64,000 nt of DNA, taken from an uncultured Candidatus Saccharibacteria bacterium (GTDB lineage Bacteria > Patescibacteriota > Saccharimonadia > Saccharimonadales > EFPC-124). Positions 1 through 7,717 of this stretch are shown here, piece by piece. Position numbers and translations under genes: made by a program. Positions within the stretch are counted from its first letter, which is position 1. Each line of letters starts with the position of its first letter. Below the pieces are notes generated by a model that was given only the letters and a program-made list of their open reading frames with translations, had not been told where the DNA came from and made no database searches. The DNA is taken from contig CAYOML010000003.1 of the NCBI GenBank assembly GCA_964405095.1, forward strand, positions 11,072-75,071, in the 5' to 3' direction.

Positions 1-285
1 TCGCTAAGGCGGTTCGTCATCTTTGCCTCGCTAACACTCAACATCGGCTTCGTAGTGGTATTAATCGCCCTGGCGACCTCAACAGCGCTAGACGGCCTGT
101 TCATGTCAACCGCTCTCGACCGCTACTGTTCGACCGATAACGACAACAAGTTCAAAAGAGAAGACGCCAAGATCATAGCTATGCGAGCATATGTGTGTGA
201 CCGAACGGATGCCCATACTTACTTTATGGACGGTTATTACAAGTATCTCGACTCGCAAAGCGTCCCCTATACTAGGGCTAACTGA
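1..285 (+). CDS. hypothetical membrane protein, C-terminal part (ORF open to the window edge)
   Basis: Frame 1 has no stop from nt 1 to the TGA at 283-285. It begins with a hydrophobic stretch (FVIFASLTLNIGFVVVLIALA). No family recognised. Confidence 0.35.
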   Translation, partial: SLRRFVIFASLTLNIGFVVVLIALATSTALDGLFMSTALDRYCSTDNDNKFKREDAKIIAMRAYVCDRTDAHTYFMDGYYKYLDSQSVPYTRAN

Positions 286-351
286 AAAACTTGGCTCCGA
301 GAACCTAATTAACAGGGGTGGCGCGCAGTAGGGCCGCCCCAAGTTTTTCAG
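282..351 (+). repeat. family C element, short copy (C0); hairpin between convergent genes, likely bidirectional terminator
   Basis: 13-bp outer stem ctgaaaaacttgg/ccaagtttttcag with an A-run and a T-run. Inner GC hairpin GGGGTGGC..GCCGCCCC. The first ~30 nt are homologous to the left end of the 1397..1552 element. Confidence 0.7.
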
Positions 352-352
352 T

Positions 353-1381
353 TCACATCGACAAACTGGGTACAACTTCCAGAGTGTAAGGGTCGCTCGA
401 GGTTTGGTTTGTGGCGCGGTAGTAAGCCAGGCTGGCAATCATGGAGGCATTGTCGGTACAGAGGTTAATCGGTGGGTAGTCAATCGCGATGGGCAGCCGA
501 GCTTTGAGTTGGCCGCGCAATTCCTGGCTGGCCGCCACGCCACCGGCGATAACCACCGAGGCAGGGGAGTAGTCGTTGTAGGCGACAAGTGTTTTGTCGA
601 CTAGCGTCTCGGTTGCAATATGCGCGAAGCTAGCAGCAATATCGTTGCGCTGAGACGCGCTCAGAAGCTCGGCAAGCTGCGTTGAGGGAAAATCATGCGG
701 CTTATTGCATATTGCTTGTGCTTGGCGCAAAACAGCGGTTTTGAGCCCGCTAAAGCTAAAGTCATATTTACCGGACATGCGGGCCTTGGGGAAGGCGAAT
801 GCTTTAGGGTTGCCATCCTTGGCTGCTTTTTCGATGCTTGGTCCGCCAGGGTAGGGGAGACCGATGACTTTAGCGACTTTATCGAAGGCTTCGCCTACAG
901 CATCGTCTTGGGTTTGGCCCAGTAGTGTATAGTCGCCATGATCTTTAAATAGCACTAGTTGGCTGTGGCCGCCGCTGACTATTAGGGCCAACATCGGGAA
1001 CGCCGGGGTATTTTCCAACAAAAAGTTGGCGTAAACGTGGGCTTCGACGTGATGGATGGCGTATAGCGGTTTGCGCTTAACGACGGCCAACGTTCGGGCG
1101 GTTAAAGACCCGATAAGCAGTGAACCAATCAAACCCGGTGCGTAGGTAACACCAATAGCGTCGATGTTGTCCCAGGTAACTTTGGCGTCGAGCAAGGCCT
1201 TGTCGACAACTGGCAACATAACCTCGATATGGCTGCGCGCGGCCACCTCTGGCACTACGCCGCCAAACGCAATGTGGATGTCAATCTGGCTCTGCACGAC
1301 GTTACTTAAAATCTGTCGGCCGTCTTTAACGACCGCCGCTGCAGTTTCATCACAACTGGTTTCGATTCCGAGGATAATCAT
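353..1381 (-). CDS. tsaD: tRNA N6-adenosine threonylcarbamoyltransferase TsaD (Kae1/Gcp family)
   Basis: 342 aa. N-terminus MIILGIETSCDETAAAVV; HHVEAH metal site; full-length family architecture. Confidence 0.93.
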   Translation of the reverse strand: MIILGIETSCDETAAAVVKDGRQILSNVVQSQIDIHIAFGGVVPEVAARSHIEVMLPVVDKALLDAKVTWDNIDAIGVTYAPGLIGSLLIGSLTARTLAVVKRKPLYAIHHVEAHVYANFLLENTPAFPMLALIVSGGHSQLVLFKDHGDYTLLGQTQDDAVGEAFDKVAKVIGLPYPGGPSIEKAAKDGNPKAFAFPKARMSGKYDFSFSGLKTAVLRQAQAICNKPHDFPSTQLAELLSASQRNDIAASFAHIATETLVDKTLVAYNDYSPASVVIAGGVAASQELRGQLKARLPIAIDYPPINLCTDNASMIASLAYYRATNQTSSDPYTLEVVPSLSM

Positions 1382-1388
1382 TAGGGGT

Positions 1389-1394
1389 AGTGTA
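1389..1394 (-). promoter_or_regulatory. -10 box (TACACT) 7 nt upstream of the tsaD ATG; apparent leaderless promoter
   Basis: The minus strand reads TACACT-accccta-ATG, with no Shine-Dalgarno. Confidence 0.4.
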
Positions 1395-1396
1395 GC

Positions 1397-1552
1397 TTAA
1401 AAACTTGATTCTCAAAACCTAATACTTATGGCCGGGTCCTGCCGCCTGGTCCGCCCCTAAAGATTTTTTTATGGAAATACATAAAAAAACTTTGGGGCAG
1501 CCCCGCCAGGCGTCACCCCTTTGTTTATGGGTTTTGAGAATCAAGTTTTTAA
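1397..1552 (+). repeat. family C element, long copy (C1): ~156-nt imperfect palindrome
   Basis: Perfect 23-bp arms ttaaaaacttgattctcaaaacc / ggttttgagaatcaagtttttaa enclose a 110-nt GC-rich imperfect hairpin (CGCCTGG/CCAGGCG, CCCC..GGGG, T7/A7). Confidence 0.8.
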
Positions 1553-1599
1553 TAATCGACTTGCCAAGTCGCTGGCACCTGGAACTTCGATGTCAATGC

Positions 1600-1608
1600 T
1601 GCCATAAT
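1600..1608 (+). promoter_or_regulatory. extended -10 (TGcCATAAT) 7 nt upstream of the murE ATG; apparent leaderless promoter
   Basis: TGcCATAAT-cgatgct-ATG, with no SD. Confidence 0.45.
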
Positions 1609-1615
1609 CGATGCT

Positions 1616-2908
1616 ATGCAACAGGTAAAGTTGTTTGTTAAGAAGTTATTACCAAGTAGTGTTCGGCAACCAGTCATAAACCTATATCATCTGTTGGTGG
1701 CGGTGGCCGCCAATCTGCGTTACGGTTTTCCAGCGCGATCGGCGCGCGTGGTTATGGTCACTGGTACTAACGGCAAGACGACGACAGCAGCAATGATCTC
1801 CCAGATTCTCATCACTACTGGTCACAAGGTTGGAACTATCACAACCGCTTACTACACATATGGCACCGACGACAAAGAAATCAACACTTCTAATCGCACC
1901 ATCGACGATATTTTTAAACTCCAGGCTATGCTAGCCAAGATGAAACAGGCTGGCTGTGAGTATGTTGTAATGGAAGCAACATCACAGGCGCTTGACCAAA
2001 ATCGCCTGTGGGGAATCCCCTGCGACGTGGCGGTGATGACTAATCTGACCCAAGACCATCTCGACTACCACGCTACCATGGAGCGTTACGCGGCAGCCAA
2101 GGGCAAATTGTTTGTCAAACAGCCCAAGCTCATTGTGTTGAATCGCGACGACGCCTGGTTTGAATTCTTCAATAAGTTTGAGGCCGGGGAGCGCAAAGTG
2201 ACTTACGGCGCGCATGAAGGCGCCACCTGCCAGATAGCCGACGTCGAGCTGCACAAGGATGGCAGCGATGTGACACTGAAGATCGAGAACGAGCATGAGT
2301 TCAAGTTTCGAACCCGTTTACCTGGCCGTTTTAATGTTTATAACGCCACGGCTGCGGTGACCGTCGGTTATTACCTGATGCTCGAGCCTGAACAAATCTC
2401 GGCTGGCATCGAAGCCTTGGCCAGTGTACCAGGCCGCTTGGAGCGCATTGATGCTGGGCAAAAGTTTGAGGTAATCGTTGACTATGCTCACACGCCCGAC
2501 GCCCTGCAAAACCTGCTCGATACTCTCCAGCATCTCACCAAAAACAGATTATGGTTGGTATTTGGTGCCACTGGCAATCGCGACAAGGGGAAACGTCCAG
2601 TGATGGGCGAGATCGCCGCCAGGCTGGCCGATAAAATTGTGCTGACCGACGAAGAGCCATATGACGAAAACCCGGCAATTATTAGGCAAGAAGTTCGCGA
2701 GGGGATTATGAAGGCTGGTGCCGAGGATAAACTGCAGGAAGTTGGCGACCGCTATGAGGCGATTACGACCGCGATTAAGGCTGCCCGGCCGGGTGATACG
2801 GTGGTGATTACTGGTATGGGACACGAACAGTTTAGGATTGTAGCTGGCGAACGTCTGCCTTGGAGTGATGCACAGGTGGCGAGAGAGGTTTTGGCAGGTG
2901 GGAAATAG
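1616..2908 (+). CDS. murE: Mur ligase, MurE-like (UDP-MurNAc-L-Ala-D-Glu : diamino acid ligase)
   Basis: 430 aa. P-loop VTGTNGKTTT; MEATSQAL; DYAHTPDAL; GATGNRDKGKRP. These match the MurE family central and C-terminal domains. Confidence 0.85.
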   Translation: MQQVKLFVKKLLPSSVRQPVINLYHLLVAVAANLRYGFPARSARVVMVTGTNGKTTTAAMISQILITTGHKVGTITTAYYTYGTDDKEINTSNRTIDDIFKLQAMLAKMKQAGCEYVVMEATSQALDQNRLWGIPCDVAVMTNLTQDHLDYHATMERYAAAKGKLFVKQPKLIVLNRDDAWFEFFNKFEAGERKVTYGAHEGATCQIADVELHKDGSDVTLKIENEHEFKFRTRLPGRFNVYNATAAVTVGYYLMLEPEQISAGIEALASVPGRLERIDAGQKFEVIVDYAHTPDALQNLLDTLQHLTKNRLWLVFGATGNRDKGKRPVMGEIAARLADKIVLTDEEPYDENPAIIRQEVREGIMKAGAEDKLQEVGDRYEAITTAIKAARPGDTVVITGMGHEQFRIVAGERLPWSDAQVAREVLAGGK

Positions 2909-2940
2909 TCTTTGCCCATACCGCTGGTCCAACATCTTTA

Positions 2941-3058
2941 TTATCTCAGGCCGCCGCCATCGACAAAAGTCGATGCTCGGCATGCGGGAAGTATAGCCTT
3001 CGCTAACCAAGGGTGTTTAGATGCAGCTGACGTAAGTTTCATAGCACTCATTAACAAG
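2941..3058 (+). repeat. family A element, copy A1 (left arm missing)
   Basis: Core ctcaggccgccgccatcgacaaaagtcgatgctcggcatgcgggaagtatagccttcg. The right flank gctaaccaagggtgtttagatgcagctgacgtaagttt is homologous to 9388..9425. Confidence 0.85.
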
Positions 3059-3113
3059 TAGCCACGGGTAGTTAATCGGCTCGCGGGACTGGCAGACGGG
3101 TCTATCCATGTTC

Positions 3114-3121
3114 TGTAGAAT
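3114..3121 (+). promoter_or_regulatory. -10 box (tgTAGAAT) 6 nt upstream of the ATG at 3128; apparent leaderless promoter
   Basis: TAGAAT-agaacc-ATG, with no SD. Confidence 0.4.
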
Positions 3122-3127
3122 AGAACC

Positions 3128-4366
3128 ATGAGGGCAACACGTAGGTTGAAGCAAGTGGCTAAGGCGCATGTGGCAGCGGCGAGCAGCGGTTGGCCGGCAC
3201 GGCAGCTGGAGGTCGTGCTGATTGTCGGACAGGACGGCACCCAACTCAGCGTGTCGCTGTTAGGTGCCATCTTGGCAGCCAGTGGCCGACGGGCGGGCAT
3301 TATCACCCAAACCTATGTCGAGATTGCCGGTGAACGAGTCAACGGCAGTGATCAAGCCGACATCTTAAGCGACCCTTTTCGACTACAACGCTTACTAGCC
3401 CAGATGAAACACGCCGAGTGCAGCCACGTCATTATTGAGGTTCCGCCGACCATACCTGAACATAGTTTTGTTAGTCTGCACCCGGCCTTGCTGGCCATTC
3501 GCCGTTGCGGTGACAACCGGTTGGCGGGTGTCGATAACGTCCAGCGTGTCGCCCAGATCCGTCGGTTATTGGCGCTCAGCCCGCGAGCGGTGGTTTGCAA
3601 CCGTGACGACCCGGCATTTGATCAACTGAAAGATAGTTTGCGTAGCGGTTCTGGACTGATGACCTTCGGTACTCACGAGCGTGCCGAGTGCCGCATTCGC
3701 GGTGTTACGTTGCACTCAGCGGGCAGCGAGGTGAAGTTGGTTATCGATCACCATACAGAGTTGCAGCTCGGCTCATATTTAAGCGGTAAACAGGCAGTCT
3801 ACGACATGGTAACTGCCGCTGCGGCCGCCTATCTGCTGCACGTACCAATTACGGCTATCGAAGACGGCATCGCCACCTTCAAAATCCAGACTAGCCACCT
3901 GCAGCTTATCCAAACAGACCGGCCTTATCAGATGGTGATCGATGACGCGGTGACGCCCGAAGGCCTGGCCGAAAACCTCGAAACTTTGGTGCATTTTGCC
4001 AAAAACCGCGTGCTGGCAGTAATCGGCGCCAATTTGGCCCAGCCCGAGGCTTGGCGGCCGGTGATTGGCGAAGTGATCGCCGAGGCCGCTGACAGAATTG
4101 TGGTAACCGATGGTGATTATGCTGCGCATGAAAGCCCACAGCTAGTACGCCAGCATCTGCTGCAGGGAATTGTCGCGGCTGGTGCCGATGCTCGCTGCGA
4201 GGAAGTAGCCGATCGCCAGACGGCCATTGGCCGGGCGATGAGTATTGCCCGCCGAGGCGATATCGTGGCTATTCTTTGCAGCCCAAAACGGCCTTACCGC
4301 CAGCTAGGCTCGGAACGTGAGACTTGGGACGACCAGGCAGTTATTGATAGTTTGTTGCAGCAATAG
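3128..4366 (+). CDS. Mur ligase family paralog with degenerate catalytic motifs (probable pseudoenzyme)
   Basis: 412 aa and collinear with the upstream MurE. The P-loop is GQDGTQLS instead of GTNGKTT, IEVPP replaces MEATS, DDAVTPEGL replaces DYAHTPDAL, and GANLAQPEAWRP replaces GATGNRDKGKRP. Confidence 0.75.
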   Translation: MRATRRLKQVAKAHVAAASSGWPARQLEVVLIVGQDGTQLSVSLLGAILAASGRRAGIITQTYVEIAGERVNGSDQADILSDPFRLQRLLAQMKHAECSHVIIEVPPTIPEHSFVSLHPALLAIRRCGDNRLAGVDNVQRVAQIRRLLALSPRAVVCNRDDPAFDQLKDSLRSGSGLMTFGTHERAECRIRGVTLHSAGSEVKLVIDHHTELQLGSYLSGKQAVYDMVTAAAAAYLLHVPITAIEDGIATFKIQTSHLQLIQTDRPYQMVIDDAVTPEGLAENLETLVHFAKNRVLAVIGANLAQPEAWRPVIGEVIAEAADRIVVTDGDYAAHESPQLVRQHLLQGIVAAGADARCEEVADRQTAIGRAMSIARRGDIVAILCSPKRPYRQLGSERETWDDQAVIDSLLQQ

Positions 4367-4373
4367 GGTTTTG

Positions 4374-4409
4374 GCACCTCCGTGCCACTGGTGAGCAGCA
4401 CGGAGGTGC
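4374..4409. terminator. 12-bp GC hairpin between convergent genes (putative terminator, no clear U-tract)
   Basis: gcacctccgtgc-(12 nt)-gcacggaggtgc, between the murE paralog stop (4366) and the small ORF stop (4411). Confidence 0.3.
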
Positions 4410-4410
4410 A

Positions 4411-4521
4411 TCAACGCTGGTTCTTTCGGCGTCTTTGTGGCTTGATGGCGTCCCAAAATGTGGCCAGCACGGCAACTGTCATAACCACGACAATGATCGC
4501 ACCGCCCAAGAGGTCGGACAT
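4411..4521 (-). CDS. small hydrophobic peptide (36 aa), hypothetical
   Basis: MSDLLGGAIIVVVMTVAVLATFWDAIKPQRRRKNQR. A GAGGAGG Shine-Dalgarno lies 5-6 nt upstream of this internal ATG of ORF 4411..4593. One TM helix plus a basic tail. Confidence 0.4.
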   Translation of the reverse strand: MSDLLGGAIIVVVMTVAVLATFWDAIKPQRRRKNQR

Positions 4522-4598
4522 CGGCCACCTCCTCTCGACATGATCGTCCAGCGTAGTGATAACTATAAAACTATTACAGATTAAGGCAATCACTTGCG

Positions 4599-4713
4599 TC
4601 TAAACCACCCTTACCTATTACTTCTACGGCACATTCCGCGCGGGGCAGCCTTTGGCTGCTCCGGCTGCACTCGGCATCCAGACCGTAGAAGTAATAGGTA
4701 AGGGTGGTTTAGA
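4599..4713 (+). repeat. family B element, copy B1
   Basis: 31-bp perfect arms (tctaaaccacccttacctattacttctacgg / ccgtagaagtaataggtaagggtggtttaga) around a 53-nt core, cacattccgcgcggggcagcctttggctgctccggctgcactcggcatccaga. The core is near-identical to the reverse complement of 26933..26989. Confidence 0.85.
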
Positions 4714-5683
4714 ACTTGAGGATTGTGTAAGCGCTGCGATACACAGCGTAGAACAGCCGATTCACCGGCAATTCCCAAGTACCAAGATATGGCTTGTAGT
4801 CTCCACCGAATGATTGCTTGAACTTGGTGAACCCGGCCCAACGGTGGGTCGGCGGCGCATCGGCCGGAGCAACGCCAACAAAATCAAAGGCAGTTTGCCC
4901 CTTCTTTTTAGCGTCTAACATCATTTGGACTACTAGTGGCGAACCGGGGTGCAGTTTGCGGGCCTCAAAATCGGCGGCGGCGTGTGCGTAGTAGCGGGTT
5001 GTGGGGCTGTCAAAACAAAAGGCGGTGGCCACGGCTTTAGCTTCGAACTCGGCAACGTAAAGAGTGGCCGCGCCGCGGGATAATAAGATGTCGGCCATGG
5101 TTTGGTAATAGTGGTCGGTGTGCTGCAAGATACCGTTGTGCCGGGCAACGTCGCGCATTAGCTTGATAAACAGCGGCATGTCGGTTGGTTGGCGACTATC
5201 GCGCAGTTTAAGGCCCTTGTTTTGATAATTGCGGTAGAGATTGCGGTTGGTATCGGTCAGCTCGTTAAGCAACTCATCTTCTGATTTTTGCAAGTTTTGG
5301 GCCCAACTTAAACGCGGCTGGATATCTTTGAGAGCCGGTTTCAGGCCTAAGCTGAACAGATCGGTACCCTGCAGATGCACAATTGGCTCAAGGCGCACAA
5401 AGACCGCTTTTTGCTGGCGGGCTAACTGTTTTAGAGCCGCCAAAGCTTCACTAAAAGCTGCTTTGTCTTTGACAATCGGGCCGTACGGGCAATAGAGCCG
5501 CGTTGCTACCCTCGATACTTCCAAAATCGCTAACACCTGCCAGCCGGTCCCGCTGGCATAAAAGATTTTGTTGCCCAGTGCTGCCTGAAATGCTGCCCAG
5601 TGGCTGCTCTGCAAAAAGTGTCCACTGGCGCTAAAGAGCGTATCATCCCATTTCTTATCGGGTAGGCCGGCTGTCCATTGCAT
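4709..5683 (-). CDS. FemAB-family peptidoglycan interpeptide-bridge aminoacyltransferase
   Basis: 324 aa. FLQSSHWAAFQ near the N-terminus and the C-terminal GFTKFKQSFGG block are typical of the FemX/FemAB family. Confidence 0.8.
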   Translation of the reverse strand: MQWTAGLPDKKWDDTLFSASGHFLQSSHWAAFQAALGNKIFYASGTGWQVLAILEVSRVATRLYCPYGPIVKDKAAFSEALAALKQLARQQKAVFVRLEPIVHLQGTDLFSLGLKPALKDIQPRLSWAQNLQKSEDELLNELTDTNRNLYRNYQNKGLKLRDSRQPTDMPLFIKLMRDVARHNGILQHTDHYYQTMADILLSRGAATLYVAEFEAKAVATAFCFDSPTTRYYAHAAADFEARKLHPGSPLVVQMMLDAKKKGQTAFDFVGVAPADAPPTHRWAGFTKFKQSFGGDYKPYLGTWELPVNRLFYAVYRSAYTILKF

Positions 5684-5689
5684 GGTCTA

Positions 5690-5695
5690 AGTATA
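5690..5695 (-). promoter_or_regulatory. -10 box (TATACT) 6 nt upstream of the fem ATG; apparent leaderless promoter
   Basis: The minus strand reads TATACT-tagacc-ATG. Confidence 0.4.
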
Positions 5696-5769
5696 GTTTA
5701 TTATTGCAGTGGAACCTCAAGGTTTTTATAACCCCAAGTGGCTGTTTCAGGTTTTGCAGTTTGCCGTAT

Positions 5770-5805
5770 CCGACCCTGCGCATCGTAAAGACTGCGCGGG
5801 GTCGG
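5770..5805. terminator. 13-bp GC-rich hairpin downstream of the 5820..6164 gene (putative terminator)
   Basis: ccgaccctgcgca-(10 nt)-tgcgcggggtcgg. No U-tract. Confidence 0.3.
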
Positions 5806-5819
5806 GGAACGTTGGCAGA

Positions 5820-6164
5820 TCAGAGCCAGGACAAGGCATACGCAGCCCACCCAGCCACATGGGCAGCCAGAATGCCGAGGCTGCTCCAGTAGAGCCACAA
5901 ATGCACGCGAGATGCATGGCCGTTTCTAAAATCAAATGGGAGTGTACAACACATCACGCCGAGGCAGAAGGTGATCGTGTAGGCCACGAGACACCCGATT
6001 GCCAGTGGCATTGAAGTGTGTAAGTTAGACGTCCCAACCATGAATATCGCCGCACCCGCAACTACAAGGAGCGAACCAATCGGCAAAGCTAGCCACCAAA
6101 AGGCTTGACGGGTCATGTTTGCCATTGACCTCGTGCCCTTGACCGCTGTGATTGTCGCCGTCAT
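5820..6164 (-). CDS. hypothetical integral membrane protein
   Basis: 114 aa with three to four hydrophobic segments. No family recognised. Confidence 0.5.
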   Translation of the reverse strand: MTATITAVKGTRSMANMTRQAFWWLALPIGSLLVVAGAAIFMVGTSNLHTSMPLAIGCLVAYTITFCLGVMCCTLPFDFRNGHASRVHLWLYWSSLGILAAHVAGWAAYALSWL

Positions 6165-6371
6165 CGTAACACCTCACTCTCGGACGATGGTGACTTAGGA
6201 TTATCTACAAGCAAATAGCCCTAAACCACCATCGTCACTTTTGCCAACGTACCTACCTCTCGGTGAGAAGCAATATCTAAACTATAAAATATTGTGGTTA
6301 ATACATCAAGTATCTCTATGATGCGGTATAATGTGTGTAACCTATCAAACACTTGAGGAGGGTTACTCATT

Positions 6372-7706
6372 GTGAACTCAGCGATTTTTAAGTCTTACGA
6401 TATCCGCGGCAGAGTCGGCACCGAACTCACTAGTCGAGTTGCTAACGAAATAGCTAGAGCTTTTGCCGATTACTTACCAGAGACTGGGGTTGTGGCTGTT
6501 GGCCGCGATATGCGTCCCGATTCCGAACAACTGGCCACAGCATTTATAGAGGGTCTGCAAGCCCAGGGCCGTGATGTCATGGACGTCGGCATGGTGACAA
6601 GCGACATGGTCTACTTTGCAGTTGGCAAATATTCCTTGGCCGGCGGGGCAGTAATCACGGCCAGCCACAATACAGGTGCCGACAACGGGATTAAGCTATA
6701 TCGCGATCATGTAACGCCGGTTGGTTTAGGCTCGGGCCTCGAACAAGTCCGGGATGCTGTAATGGCTGGTAATTTTAAAGAGGAAACAGCCGTCCCGGGT
6801 AAGGTCACGCCGCGCGATATTACCGAAGATTGGGTAACTCATTGTCTGAGCTTTGTAAAAGGCTTGCAGCCGTTCCATATTGCGATTGATGCCGGCAACG
6901 GCATGGCCGGCGCCATTTTGCCATATATCCTGCTGCGCCTGCCGCTAAAAGTACAACAGATGTACTTTGAGCCGGACGGCACTTTTCCTAACCATGAAGC
7001 TAACCCACAAAAAGTTGAAAACTTGAAAGACTTGATGGGTCAGGTCAAAGAAAACGCCTACGACTTTGGCATTGCCTTTGACGGCGACGGTGACCGAGCG
7101 GTGTTTGTCGACGACATGGGCCGGCCAGTGCTAGGCAGCGATCTTATCAGTATTGTCGCCCACTATTATCTGCAAAAATATCCCGGCAGCAGTATTGTTT
7201 ATGATGTTCGGACATCACGCTCGACCCAAGAGCTGATTAAGCAGTGGGGTGGTGTACCCGTGCGTACCAAGGCTGGCCGCACATATATTGGCGCGAAACT
7301 GCGCGAAATTGGCGCGCCGTTTGGTGGTGAAACAACCGGCCACTTATTCTTTAAGGAGAATTACGATGCCGATAGTGGCCTGATCGCCGTCCTGGTGGCA
7401 ATGCAGGCTCTCAGTGACTCTCATCGCAAGCTCAGTGAGCTGGTTGATGAATATCACAAATACGTCATGGGCCCCGAAATCAACATGGATGTTGCCGACC
7501 CACAAAGTGCCCTAATCCGTCTGCGTGAAGCTTTTACCGATGGTGAACAAGATCAACTCGATGGGCTAACCGTTAATTACGCCGACCGCTGGTTTAACGT
7601 CCGCGCCAGCAACACCGAACCGGTAATGCGTTTGAACGCCGAAGCGCGCAGCCAGGGTGATTTGGATGCCTTAATACAACGCGTCCGTCACACGATCGAG
7701 GCGTAG
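6372..7706 (+). CDS. phosphomannomutase/phosphoglucomutase (alpha-D-phosphohexomutase)
   Basis: 444 aa with a GTG start after GAGGAGG (6355..6361). KSYDIRG; active-site TASHN; metal loop FDGDGDR. Confidence 0.85.
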   Translation: MNSAIFKSYDIRGRVGTELTSRVANEIARAFADYLPETGVVAVGRDMRPDSEQLATAFIEGLQAQGRDVMDVGMVTSDMVYFAVGKYSLAGGAVITASHNTGADNGIKLYRDHVTPVGLGSGLEQVRDAVMAGNFKEETAVPGKVTPRDITEDWVTHCLSFVKGLQPFHIAIDAGNGMAGAILPYILLRLPLKVQQMYFEPDGTFPNHEANPQKVENLKDLMGQVKENAYDFGIAFDGDGDRAVFVDDMGRPVLGSDLISIVAHYYLQKYPGSSIVYDVRTSRSTQELIKQWGGVPVRTKAGRTYIGAKLREIGAPFGGETTGHLFFKENYDADSGLIAVLVAMQALSDSHRKLSELVDEYHKYVMGPEINMDVADPQSALIRLREAFTDGEQDQLDGLTVNYADRWFNVRASNTEPVMRLNAEARSQGDLDALIQRVRHTIEA

Positions 7707-7717
7707 AAAGAACCAAG

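Noticed and set aside
6186-6238. Imperfect hairpin gacgatggtgacttagg..ccctaaaccaccatcgtc, sharing taaaccacc with the family B arms
   Set aside because: Only a 9-nt string is shared. The stem is imperfect and there is no conserved core, so the evidence is too weak to call it a fifth repeat copy.
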